A stretch of 21,510 nucleotides of DNA from an uncultured archaeon (GTDB lineage: Archaea > Thermoproteota > Bathyarchaeia > Bathyarchaeales > Bathycorpusculaceae): NCBI GenBank assembly GCA_963782915.1, contig CAWALK010000009.1, positions 1-21,510 of the forward strand, read 5' to 3'. Below the pieces are notes generated by a model that was given only the letters and a program-made list of their open reading frames with translations, was not told the DNA's origin and did not search any database. A program made the translations under genes and the position numbers. Below are positions 7,241 through 17,024 of this stretch, in pieces; the first letter of the stretch is position 1, and every line of letters begins with the position of its first letter.

Positions 7241-8577
7241 ATGGCTGAGCTTACATCAAACGCACCTTCTCCCCAAGGTATATTTGGCATTCAAGTCGGT
7301 TCCAAATCCTGTAAGTTGCCCTCAGACGAGGACACCGGCACCATATCCCAAATCCCCACCTTGCCCAGACGGCTGCCAAACAGGCAAAATCTACCGAGAT
7401 GGCCTACGTTATAATGAGGATAGTTCAACAACTCAACGTTGGCTTTGCACGCGCTGTGGACAACGTTTTTCGAACAAGCCTTTAAAAAGCAACTTCCCAC
7501 CTTAAACTAGTTCTTGCCAAATATGCGCTGAAGGAGCGAAAAATTTGCACTTGCCGGCTTGGTAAACGAGTGCGGCACGGGAGAAACCACTGAAGAAACC
7601 AGAGCGCTTTGTTTAAGGTTTTCGAGGGCTGGCTAGAGAAAGAAGGAGACAAAGCAAATCATTATGCTGATAATCTTGAAAATGCTGGTGGCTTATCTCG
7701 GTGCTAACTTGATGGACCCTGAAGATGTTAAAGTCGAAATCGGGGCTCATAAAGTCAGTGACAGGGTATGAAGATGCTGCATTGTCTTATTCCTATGAAG
7801 CTTTTCTTAAAATGCAAAAGATGACTTGGGAACGACCAAAGAACGGTGTGGGCTACAAAACAGAATGAAATAATTCCGTTTATCCCAGAGGAAACAGAGC
7901 TTGGATCAATTGATTGCTGCTGCTGCAAAAAGTAAACGGATGGCGGCCACTACCAGACGCTTAAAGAGACGTTTACTGATCCAGGTGAAGCATTCGCCGA
8001 TTGAGTGGGACACTGACGTAGCTGTGGAAATTTGGATTACGATTAGACATCCGGTAAAAAACCATAGGCCATTATCTTTTGAAGTCTCAAAAAAAGTTGA
8101 ATTGCTATGCTTAATGTTTTGCCTGCGAAATTCGATAGCGTGTCTTTGATTGCAACAAGACCACCGGGTATGGAATATGCATTTTGTCAGTTGAGAAAAC
8201 GCAAGTTGCTGCAACTACTCACAATGAAAAGAATCAACTATATTGAATTGCGGATGTTTTAGACATTGGGGCGGGTACACGGATTGCTGAGTTATCGAAA
8301 TGGCAACCCTATTACGGTCATGAAGTTGCTGGGCTTAAAAAGTGTCGAGAATGCAATGAAATACGTTAACATCTGGAAACTGAGCTTTAAGACTGAAACA
8401 GAATACGAGTATCTGGCTGTTACTACTCCGGAAGAGCTTAAGGTTGCATTGCTGGGCGGCTACCAATTAGTGATTGAGAAGTTTGGTGCTTCTTGGTTTA
8501 GGCGTCCTAAACGTATTGCTATCGCTGGTACTCCGATTAGGTCAACGACCACAAAGAACCGCAATGTCCACCGCTAA
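7241..8577 (+). mobile_element. Tyrosine recombinase/integrase with N-terminal zinc ribbon; many frameshifts
   Basis: ATG at 7241 follows GGAGG. Ordered blocks: CPDGC...YRDG.R...QRWLCTRCGQRFS; CQICAEGAKNL; WLEKEG; LGANLMDPEDVK; YEAFLKM...WERPK; IPFIPEETELDQLI; QTLKETFTDPGEA; ITIRHPVKNHRP; IELR.FRHWGG; VMKLLGLKSVENAMKY; FRRPK. Confidence 0.88.
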
Positions 8578-8666
8578 GAAACCCCGATTAATAAACGAAA
8601 AACTACAGACGTAAATGCTTTTTAATGTAGGCGTCAGCTATACAACCAAAAAAAGGGTTATCTACA

Positions 8667-9233
8667 GTGGTCGCTAGTAAACTTGTTGTTGGCTTAGGCG
8701 GAATGCCTGGCTCCGGTAAATCCTTAGTTGTGGAGACCGCACACGAATTGGGTTATAGCATCGTAGCAATGGGCGATGTCGTGCGGGAACAAACCCGACT
8801 ACGCGGCTTAGAACCAACCCCCCAAAACGTCGGCAAAGTGATGCTTGAGCTGCGGGCGCAAGAAGGCAACTATGTTATCGCCAAAAAATGCATCCCCAAA
8901 ATTGAGGACAACCCAGCAACCGCGTCATCATCGACGGCTTGCGCAGCCTCTACGAAGCAGACATATTCAAAGAACACTTCAAGCAGCTTCACCCTTGTTG
9001 CAGTGCATGCCCCACCTGAAATCCGCTTTGAGCGCTTGAAACTACGGGGCAGAAGCGACGACCCACCAAACTATGAAGTCTTCCATGAACGCGACATGCG
9101 CGAGTTGGGTGTGGGTTTGGGAAATGTTATAGCGATGGCTGAGAAGATAATAGTTAACGATAACAGCATTGAAGGCTTCAAAGCCTTGGTGCGAGAGAAT
9201 TTTGGCAGGATTGAAGAGAAATGCTTGAAGTAA
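8667..9233 (+). CDS. UPF0200 / dephospho-CoA-kinase-like P-loop kinase
   Basis: Walker A GMPGSGKS, MGDVVRE, RGRSDDP, RD.REL..G. Two compensating frameshifts (~8905 and ~8982) hide VIIDGLRSLYEADIFKEHF in another frame. Confidence 0.88.
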   Translation: MVASKLVVGLGGMPGSGKSLVVETAHELGYSIVAMGDVVREQTRLRGLEPTPQNVGKVMLELRAQEGNYVIAKKCIPKIEDNPATASSSTACAASTKQTYSKNTSSSFTLVAVHAPPEIRFERLKLRGRSDDPPNYEVFHERDMRELGVGLGNVIAMAEKIIVNDNSIEGFKALVRENFGRIEEKCLK

Positions 9234-9628
9234 CAGTTTTGGTTGAAACAGAAGTTAACCCCACTGAAGACGAAGAAAAAGTTAGAGCAGCAATAAACAA
9301 CGTACTGGGCAACGCCACAATCACGGTTAAGCCAGAGCAAAGAGGCAGCACTCTATATGCTGAAGCAAAAGGGCAAGATTCCCTAACTAAACTACGCAAC
9401 ATAATGGCCAACGACCGCGTCCGCGACGCCTCAAGACGACTACTGCTGAAAGCAACCCGTGGAAACACAATAAAATTCTATCTAAACAAGCAAGTGGCAT
9501 TTGCAGGGCACGTTTCTTTCTCAGAAGAAACCTCCGAATCACCCTTGGGACCAATTCGTTTCACGATAGAGACAGATAATCCTCAGCAGCTTGTTGAGTG
9601 GCTAGCAGAAAAATCTGAAAGAAAATAA
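9221..9628 (+). CDS. UPF0201 (COG1931) predicted RNA-binding protein
   Basis: V.PTED.EKV..A..N, LNKQVAF.G.VSF, SPLGPI; overlaps the UPF0200 gene, a common archaeal pairing. Confidence 0.9.
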   Translation: MLEVTVLVETEVNPTEDEEKVRAAINNVLGNATITVKPEQRGSTLYAEAKGQDSLTKLRNIMANDRVRDASRRLLLKATRGNTIKFYLNKQVAFAGHVSFSEETSESPLGPIRFTIETDNPQQLVEWLAEKSERK

Positions 9629-9643
9629 CTTGAAGGTTTAGCG

Positions 9644-10658
9644 TTGGCGGAGCGGGCACTGGTAACTAAGAATGGCGCAATCTTGTTAGGTGATAGTGTC
9701 GCCTGCGACGCGTTTGATAAGCGGCCCATTCGTATTGTTACTCATGCTCACGCAGACCACCTGTATGGGTTGCGTAAAAGCGTCAAATGCTGCGAAAAAG
9801 TAATCATGACCAAAGCCACCCGCGACTTAGCCATAACATTAGACGATAAACTCAACCTCGACAACGAATCAGTCCACACACTTGAGTACGGCAAAGTTTT
9901 GAAGTATGGCGACGAAAAAATCACGCTGCTTAAAAGCCGACCACATTTTAGGAGCATGCCAAGTGCTCGTCGAAGATGCAGGCGGCATACGCATCGCATG
10001 GTCAGGCGACTTCCGTGTTGAAGGCACCAAAGCTGTGGATTGCGATGTTTTAGTTGTTGAAGCCACATATGGCAGCCCATCATGCAGACGCAACTTCGAC
10101 GTAAACGTGCGTGAACTGCTGGTGGAAATGGTTGAGAAGCGCCTCCGAGGCGGCACCGTCTACATGTTTGGTTACCATGGCAAACTTCAGGAAGTCATGC
10201 AAATCCTCCGTGACGCAGACGTGCAGGTGCCCTTTGTCATGCCTGACCGCGTGCATGAAGTTACCAAAGTTTGCGAGAATCATGGCATGAAATTGGGTCC
10301 GATTTCTCTTTCTACGGATAAGGAAGGTCATGAACTCTTAGATGGCAACTTGCCCTGTGTTGCTTTCTATCATATGAATCAGCGGCAGCATGTGGGGTTG
10401 CACAATGCACGGATTTGTGTGAGCGGCTGGGAATTCCAGAAGCCCTGTCGACAAATCGGCGACCGCGAATACTTAGTCGCGCTTAGCGATCACTCTGATT
10501 TTGATGGCCTAATTGAATACGTTAAACAGACCCATGCTAAGCAAGTAATAACTGACAACTTCCGAAGCAACGGCGACGCATTGGCCAAGGAACTTTGTAA
10601 GCGCCTCGGCGTTTCCGCGGTTGCTATGCCCCGAAGCTCACCACAAACAACCCTCTAA
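9644..10658 (+). CDS. Metallo-beta-lactamase-fold (beta-CASP-like) nuclease/hydrolase; one frameshift
   Basis: THAHADH, then after a shift at the A-run ~9932: ADHILGA, SGDF, VEATYG, LSDHSDF. Joins track ORFs 9644..10021 and 9906..10658. Confidence 0.88.
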
Positions 10659-10686
10659 TCCCAACATTTCAAGCTCATCGTTGGTT

Positions 10687-10698
10687 AAGGTTTAAAAG
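10687..10698 (+). promoter_or_regulatory. BRE/TATA promoter of HMG-CoA reductase
   Basis: AAGGTTTAAAAG about 40 nt upstream of ATG 10738. Confidence 0.5.
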
Positions 10699-10737
10699 CT
10701 AAAAATCAAACACTCAACACTGTAAAGTGAATGATGT

Positions 10738-12006
10738 ATGGCTAAGACATCAGTTATTTCAGGCTTCTACAAACTGCCACCTAAAGAACGGTTGGCAATC
10801 ATTTCAGATTTAGCCGGTTTAACACCGGAAGAAACAGGGCTTCTAGCGCAATCCTGCTCATTACCCCTTGACGTCGCAGACCACATGGTGGAAAACGTCA
10901 TCGGCGTTTTCCCTGAACCCATGGGTATCGCTGTTAACTTCCAAATCAACGGCAAAGACTACCTTATCCCAATGGCAACAGAGGAACCCAGCGTCATCGC
11001 AGCAGCAAGCAACGCAGCCAAGATGGTGCGGGAAGGCGGCGGCTTCAAAACCAGCAGCACCACCCCCGTTATGATCGGTCAAATCCAAGTGGTTAAACTG
11101 GAAAACGCTGAAGCTGCAAAAAAAGCAGTACTCGACGCAAAAGCAGCCATATTAAAGAAGGCTAACGAGCAAGACCCAATCCTAAACTCGTTTGGCGGCG
11201 GCGCAAAAGACCTCGATGCCCGAGTCATCGACACTACAATGGGACAGATGGTTATTGTTCATCTCTTCGTTGACTGCCGAGACGCCATGGGCGCCAACGC
11301 AGTGAACACGATGGCAGAAGCAGTCGCCCCAATGATTGAAGAACTCACCGGCGGACACGTTTATTTACGCATTATCTCAAACTTGGCGGTTAAACGCCTC
11401 GCAAAAGCAACCTGCACCGTGCCAAAAGAAGCCTTGGGCGGCGAAGCTGTTGTCGAAGGCATCGCGTACGCATCCGCTTTCGCAGCAGCCGACCCATATC
11501 GCGCAGCCACCCACAACAAAGGCGCCATGAACGGCATAATCGCAGTCGTATTAGCCACAGGCAACGACCACCGCGCCATCGAAGCCGGCGGACACGCCTA
11601 CGCAGCCCTCAACGGCCCCTACTCAACTTTTTCGAAATGGACCAAAAACGCAGCGGGCGACTTGGAAGGCTCCATCGAGTTGCCCATGGCGGTTGGCTTA
11701 ATCGGCGGCGCAGTTAAAACCCACCCTATCGCACGCATTGCCATGAAAATCTTGGCGGTAAAAAGCGCTAATGAATTCGGCGAAGTCTTAGCCGCAGTGG
11801 GCTTAGCACAGAACCTTGCTGCACTGCGAGCACTCTCAAGCGAAGGCATCCAACGCGGCCACATGTCACTGCACGCAAGAAACATCGCGGTTACAGCAGG
11901 CGCTAAAGGCGACCAAATTGAGGCGGTTGCAGTGCAGATGGTTAAGGAACGCAAAGTCCGCGTTGACCGCGCAAAAGAGATCCTTGACGAATTAGCCAAA
12001 AAATAG
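10738..12006 (+). CDS. mvaA: Hydroxymethylglutaryl-CoA reductase, class II
   Basis: ENVIG, PMATEEPSVIAA, DAMGAN, ATHNKG, GLAQNLAALRAL, GIQRGHMSLH; 422 aa, intact. Confidence 0.96.
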   Translation: MAKTSVISGFYKLPPKERLAIISDLAGLTPEETGLLAQSCSLPLDVADHMVENVIGVFPEPMGIAVNFQINGKDYLIPMATEEPSVIAAASNAAKMVREGGGFKTSSTTPVMIGQIQVVKLENAEAAKKAVLDAKAAILKKANEQDPILNSFGGGAKDLDARVIDTTMGQMVIVHLFVDCRDAMGANAVNTMAEAVAPMIEELTGGHVYLRIISNLAVKRLAKATCTVPKEALGGEAVVEGIAYASAFAAADPYRAATHNKGAMNGIIAVVLATGNDHRAIEAGGHAYAALNGPYSTFSKWTKNAAGDLEGSIELPMAVGLIGGAVKTHPIARIAMKILAVKSANEFGEVLAAVGLAQNLAALRALSSEGIQRGHMSLHARNIAVTAGAKGDQIEAVAVQMVKERKVRVDRAKEILDELAKK

Positions 12007-12040
12007 TTTGTTTGGGGAAAGTCTACCCCACTTTATTATT
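12007..12040 (+). terminator. Probable terminator after mvaA
   Basis: TGGGG(12013-17)..CCCCA(12026-30) hairpin flanked by T-rich sequence directly after the stop. Confidence 0.4.
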
Positions 12041-12757
12041 AGTTTAGCGGTTGTTGGGTTTTTACTTTTATTTTAAATATTTCATCGCGTTGCAATCGGT
12101 TTGTTGTTCTTCTCTTGAAGAAGAACGGGCTTCCGTAGAAATTTAGCTCTTTTCTATTGACGACTATTAACAAACCATAAAACAAAAAAAGCACGCCTTT
12201 GTTGGTCTATCTTGCAAGAAGATGACCAAACAATTTTCCCTATTTATCTTCTAAGACAAAACCCCTTTCGTTTTCTGCGGTGGATAAAAAGCAAGTTAGT
12301 AGTTGCTACTGCTGCAACTGCAACTACGCCCCCACACCGGTTGCAGCACACAAAGAAACAACAATAAAACAGCTAACGCGCAACATACTTCCCCATCCTC
12401 ATCCCATCCCACCCAACATAGCTCAACATAACGGATGGGACAAAAAAACCTCTTAACCCATCCCAACGCTAACACAAAAACAGCCCAAACCAAAAAACCA
12501 ACCACCCCCACAACCCACACATGGGATGGGAAAACTCCAGCACAAACCGTCCTCACAAAGAAAAAAAAGTACTTGGTATGGCAAGTGCGGCTCTAACAAC
12601 AAGTTACAGCCTAATGGGCTTGGCTGACCGTGGAGTATACTTTTGCTTCTGCGTTTATGCGGGGTTACAGGTTGGTTGTAGCGTAACTTTTAATCTACTG
12701 ATGATAGGGGCGGGAGTAGGACCTGCAATGCAACAAACGCCTGCAAACCCAACCAGA

Positions 12758-13588
12758 TTAGTTTCTTTTGAATACCCGCCTAACATCCTCAATTCTGGAG
12801 CCCAAAACTTCGATATCATCAATATTACCCAAACCTTTCTGGTGAGCGGTTCTTATGTGGCTGATTTCATGCGGGTCAATACCCATGACCCTTGCGCAGG
12901 TTGAATCAGTTGCCACCGCATCTTTGCCGGCAACTATCAAGTTCATGTTGACGGGTGAACCGTCGGTGGGTCCTTTGCCCTCCATCGCCACAAAACCGTC
13001 TATTACGGTCAATTGGGGTTTTAGCACGGTGTTTATGTCAACTATGACTTTGCTTATGCCCTTGGCGTGGAATTTGAATTTCATCTTGTCAGGCAGCAAT
13101 CCGAACATGTTTTTCATGCCCAGTGTGACTTTGGTTGCCATGTGGGTTTTCATTTTGGCGGCGCTTATGATTGCGGATTCCGCTACGAGGCGGGGTACGG
13201 TTATGTCTTTTAGGGCGTCGCCGTTTGGGATTGTGATTTTGATTTTGTCTTCGACGTGGCGTAGGTTGAGGTATTTTATGCCGTTGCGGTTGCACATTTC
13301 CGCCATGCCTGTGGCGTCGAAGGCTTTGGTGGCGTTTGTCATGCTTGCATCCGACTCAACAACGATGACTTCAAGTGGCAAATCTTTTAGGCGATGTATG
13401 ATGGCTTCGACTACGATGGGGTCGGTTGTGGCACCAGTATCCCATGTCATAGTGGTGATAAAATTGACTTTTATGAGAGCCCTACTGTAGCCAGCTAATG
13501 CTGATTTGTAATCGATTAAATCCAGCGCCCTATACACGGGTTCATAGCCGCGTTCGCCCTTGACAATAGCCACTTGGGATGTGCCCAT
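12758..13588 (-). CDS. DUF362 domain protein
   Basis: LIKVNF, ATTDP.VV.A, KMKTH...VTLGMKNMFG, IDG..AMEG.GP..G, D.VA.D. Start is ATG 13588 or GTG 13597. Confidence 0.9.
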   Translation of the reverse strand: MGTSQVAIVKGERGYEPVYRALDLIDYKSALAGYSRALIKVNFITTMTWDTGATTDPIVVEAIIHRLKDLPLEVIVVESDASMTNATKAFDATGMAEMCNRNGIKYLNLRHVEDKIKITIPNGDALKDITVPRLVAESAIISAAKMKTHMATKVTLGMKNMFGLLPDKMKFKFHAKGISKVIVDINTVLKPQLTVIDGFVAMEGKGPTDGSPVNMNLIVAGKDAVATDSTCARVMGIDPHEISHIRTAHQKGLGNIDDIEVLGSRIEDVRRVFKRN

Positions 13589-13660
13589 TAAAATCACAGG
13601 TTCTAGTGAAACCTAACTGTGCTTTTAACGTTTCCTTCACGTAGAAAGCAGGGATTGCAC

Positions 13661-14578
13661 TTAGAATATCCCCGGAATAGGCAAACCCAACGCTATGGCA
13701 GTTAAGAAACCGGCCGCTAATCCCAGTACGATTGGGAACGGTAAACCGGGGAAGATGCCTCTTTTTTCAAGCATAAAGAACGTCACAATCGAACCAGCTG
13801 TAATGCCAATGATTGATGCTACGACTGGGATAAGTGAAGATGGGAAACCGAAAATCATCGCGCCCGTCAACATAGAGTAAAATACCAAATCGCCCAAGCC
13901 CATCTGAATATCTTTAAAGCCAAAGCTTAACCCCTGCAGTTGATCAAGGCCTGACTCAGCAATCTTTCCCACCGGACCCTTATACACCGCAAACACGTCA
14001 TAAACAGCCAAGAAAAGCAAAATCAACACTGCACTCCAAAGCGAAAGGCTAGCAATGTTATAGCCAAAGTACATTCCTAAAGCGCCGCCCATCAAAATGA
14101 CCGCAACGTTACGGGCGATACTTCCAAAACGGAATATGGCTAAATCGAAGAGCACCGTAAACGCAAGTGACAGAGGAATAATAATCAACCAATCAGCAAT
14201 TATCGGCAAATAATCAGCTAATGCAATCAAATAAACCAGCGACAGCAGCAGGGCGGCGGTGGTTAATGCGAGTATGACTAAGCCTTTGATTATCCGCTTA
14301 CTTTTGCGTTTAAGCAGGAAATAGAAAACAGTCGCACTAATCGCTATGAGCACTACGAAGTAGATTGCATTGCCCCAGTCGGCGCCGGGTGTACCAGGCG
14401 TGATGGGTGTGACTTGTGTGGGCGGTACAGCTTGTGGAAACAACACGACTGAGCAGGCTAATCCGAAGAGCATGCTTGCGAGTATGGGTAAGAGGTAGAT
14501 GAGTTCAAACTTGAACTTATCCTCCGGTGTCGGCGCAGGTTTTTTCGGTTGCTCTCGGGGATTCTGTTGCTCGGTCAT
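13661..14578 (-). CDS. Presenilin/SPP-family (GxGD) intramembrane aspartyl protease
   Basis: About 9 hydrophobic segments; catalytic YD (AVYDVFAV) and MGLGD; PAL-equivalent PGLP. Confidence 0.92.
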   Translation of the reverse strand: MTEQQNPREQPKKPAPTPEDKFKFELIYLLPILASMLFGLACSVVLFPQAVPPTQVTPITPGTPGADWGNAIYFVVLIAISATVFYFLLKRKSKRIIKGLVILALTTAALLLSLVYLIALADYLPIIADWLIIIPLSLAFTVLFDLAIFRFGSIARNVAVILMGGALGMYFGYNIASLSLWSAVLILLFLAVYDVFAVYKGPVGKIAESGLDQLQGLSFGFKDIQMGLGDLVFYSMLTGAMIFGFPSSLIPVVASIIGITAGSIVTFFMLEKRGIFPGLPFPIVLGLAAGFLTAIALGLPIPGIF

Positions 14579-15135
14579 GGTTGTTGCCCTAATTTAGTTA
14601 TGGCTATTGAGGCATTTAGATAGCATTGGTCACAGAATAAGCTTTGTTTTTTATCTACCTCAAAGATGGAATTGGAAAAATGCATGACACAGTAACTTTT
14701 TGGGCAATGCGCCAACCCCAAAGTGTGGCCTAGTTCATGAACGGCTTCTTTTAGCACTCGCAGTTCAAGCGCTCCCCCATCGGCTGCTTCACCGTAAAAT
14801 TCCGGTTTTAGGCGCCAGAGCGAAATCAACCCTGCTTTTCCGGGCACGTATGCTTCGCCAAAGACATAGTTCAGCCCAGAAGCGAAAATATCAACATCCA
14901 ACATACCTAAAATGCGATCGTACTCTAATCTGTGGACAGCAAAAGACCGCACATCATTTAGTATCATGGTTGAATTATATTGACCCCGCTTTTTATCGAA
15001 AGCAGGCGCTGGCAGAGCTAAAACATCGCCGATTACTTCGCAGGTAGTGTCGGGAAAAATCTCTGTTAAGCTATGTGCCGTTTGAGCTAAAATTTCGGGC
15101 TCCACTTTTCCAACGCCTAAAACACCGATTCTCAT
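14575..15135 (-). CDS. amzA: Archaemetzincin Zn metalloprotease (M54)
   Basis: HELGHTLGLAHC...CVM.FS, then CDQC; LNYVFGEA; R.QY motif. Confidence 0.93.
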   Translation of the reverse strand: MRIGVLGVGKVEPEILAQTAHSLTEIFPDTTCEVIGDVLALPAPAFDKKRGQYNSTMILNDVRSFAVHRLEYDRILGMLDVDIFASGLNYVFGEAYVPGKAGLISLWRLKPEFYGEAADGGALELRVLKEAVHELGHTLGLAHCPKSYCVMHFSNSIFEVDKKQSLFCDQCYLNASIAITKLGQQP

Positions 15136-15143
15136 AGCAACGC

Positions 15144-16400
15144 CTAAACCTGGTAAGTTTCGCCTGTTCGAGGAGCAATCGCATCTAAGCCCAATTCTTT
15201 TTGTGCCCAGTCAGCGAATAATTCGCAGTTGCCTTCGGCGCCGTGGACCATGAAGACTTTGGGTTTCCCGCCGAGTTTTGTTAAGGCAGCCTTTAGTTGG
15301 GAGGCTCCGCAATGGCTTGAGAAGTCGAAGTGTCGGTATGCTGCTTTGATTTTTTGGACTTTGCCATCTATGGTGCAGACGCCTTTTTCCATGAGTTCTC
15401 TGCCGGGGGTGCCTGGGATTTGGTAGCTTACTAAAAAGACGGCGTTTATGGCTTTTTTGCCCAGTTTGGAGAGGTAGAATGCTGCTGGGCCGCCTTTGAG
15501 CATGCCTGCGGTTGATATGATTGCGCATGGGTTTTTGAGTGCTCTTCTTCTGTCCCGCCAGCCTTCGACCCAATCGCAGTTGTGCATGGCGTTCATGAAT
15601 AGTTTGGGGTCTTTGAGGAATTCTTTTTGGTTCATGATGACTCGGCTGGCTTCTCTTGCCATGCCGTCGAGGACTATGGGGTGTTCGAAGTGGTTGGCGG
15701 CTAGGATGCAGGCCATTTCTTGTGCTCGGCCTACTCCGAATGAGGGGATGAGTACGGTTCCGCCGACTTCGACGACGGCGTTGCAGGCTTCTACGAATTG
15801 GCGTTCGAGTTCGACTCGTTCGGTGTGGTCAGAATCGGCGTATGTGGATTCGATGACTACTGCGTCGAGGTCGCCGTAATCCATCGATGCACCGGCTAAA
15901 AGTTTGGATTCTTCTGTGTTGAAGTCGCCTGTGTAGAGGAAGCGTTTGCCGTCTGCTTCGAGGAGTACTGAGGCGCTTCCGGGTGTGTGGCCGGCGTTGA
16001 CGAGTGTGAGTTTCATGTCGCCGATGGTGGTTGTTTCTCCGAATTCGAGGTGGTGGTTGCTTTTCATCATGGTTTTAAGTTCGAGGTACTCGAAGGGTAT
16101 GTAGTAGCCAGAGAGGTGGATGAAGTCTTGGATGAGTAGTTGGGATAATTCAAGGTTGAGTTTGTTTGTGTAGAGGGGAATGTTGTCGTTGATGTAAAAG
16201 ATCGGCAATGCACCTGAATGGTCAAGGTGGCTGTGTGTGAGGATGAGGCCATCGACTTCTTTTGGCGGAACATGCATCGGGAAACCAGGCTCATTATCCA
16301 ACATCACACCATAATCGATGATGACTTGGCTTTTAGCTGACTTAACGCTGATGCCCAATCTGCCTACTTCTCTTGCTCCGCCCAAAAATCCAATCTGCAA
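15144..16400 (-). CDS. Beta-CASP metallo-beta-lactamase ribonuclease (aCPSF-like, no KH domains)
   Basis: LGGAREVGR, THSHLDHSG, AGHTPGS, YTGD, ESTY, VGRAQE, FSSH, VHG; TTG start; TATA-like CTTTTTAA at 16438-16431. Confidence 0.93.
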   Translation of the reverse strand: MQIGFLGGAREVGRLGISVKSAKSQVIIDYGVMLDNEPGFPMHVPPKEVDGLILTHSHLDHSGALPIFYINDNIPLYTNKLNLELSQLLIQDFIHLSGYYIPFEYLELKTMMKSNHHLEFGETTTIGDMKLTLVNAGHTPGSASVLLEADGKRFLYTGDFNTEESKLLAGASMDYGDLDAVVIESTYADSDHTERVELERQFVEACNAVVEVGGTVLIPSFGVGRAQEMACILAANHFEHPIVLDGMAREASRVIMNQKEFLKDPKLFMNAMHNCDWVEGWRDRRRALKNPCAIISTAGMLKGGPAAFYLSKLGKKAINAVFLVSYQIPGTPGRELMEKGVCTIDGKVQKIKAAYRHFDFSSHCGASQLKAALTKLGGKPKVFMVHGAEGNCELFADWAQKELGLDAIAPRTGETYQV

Positions 16401-17024
16401 ACAAACCAGTCCTTGCGTGTTATAGTTCGATTAAAAAGGAGCTTGCAGTGTTTTAAAAATGTATTGAATTTCGGTTGTTTGCTTGACTTGCATACGCTAT
16501 ATGGCTTGGCTTTTGAGGTTGTAGTTGGTCAAAGTAATTGTGGAGCACAAAAAAGCTACTCGAAGAAAATCAAGCGTCACCTTAGTTGCTCTGCACAGGT
16601 ACCCCCTCCCTTATTTATAGGCCGGACGTTTGCAGCTTTAGCATTGTCTCTTGTATGCATGTGTTGCGTTGGTGCTGGTGTTGACTGGCTGCGTGTTAGG
16701 TGTAACATGAATTGCGTATGCGTTTGCAGTGATCAAGTTTGCAATAGTTGGCAAGGAAAAGGTGTTTGCTGCTCTCAGTGATCTCCCTCTCCTATGAGGG
16801 CTAATTGCTAAAATCGCGTCTATACGTTCATGCATCCGCTTGCATCTCCAACAGCCCCAAACCTTCAGTCAAAGCAACAACAGATATAGTAGATACACAC
16901 GCTTGCTGATCTGCCCGATCGTCATCGATAGCCCTAAACTCACAGAGAAAAAACAAAGTATTTGGTTCGAATGACGGTGTCCGATACCAAGCAAACGATG
17001 ATGTACAACACCAGAGGCTTCTTA

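Noticed and set aside
9925-9940. Programmed ribosomal frameshift in the MBL gene
   Set aside because: No canonical slippery heptamer or stimulatory structure; neighbouring indels point to sequencing error.
12296-12904. Track ORFs 12296..12556 (-) and 12521..12904 (+)
   Set aside because: Low-complexity by-products of compositional skew or overlap with the DUF362 gene.
12855-13490. 211-aa plus-strand ORF, and similar antisense ORFs over mvaA, beta-CASP and the surface genes
   Set aside because: Shadow ORFs opposite well-supported genes, with no motifs.
16413-16835. Track ORFs 16413..16781 (+) and 16638..16835 (-)
   Set aside because: No RBS or family motif and atypical composition; the first overlaps the beta-CASP promoter.
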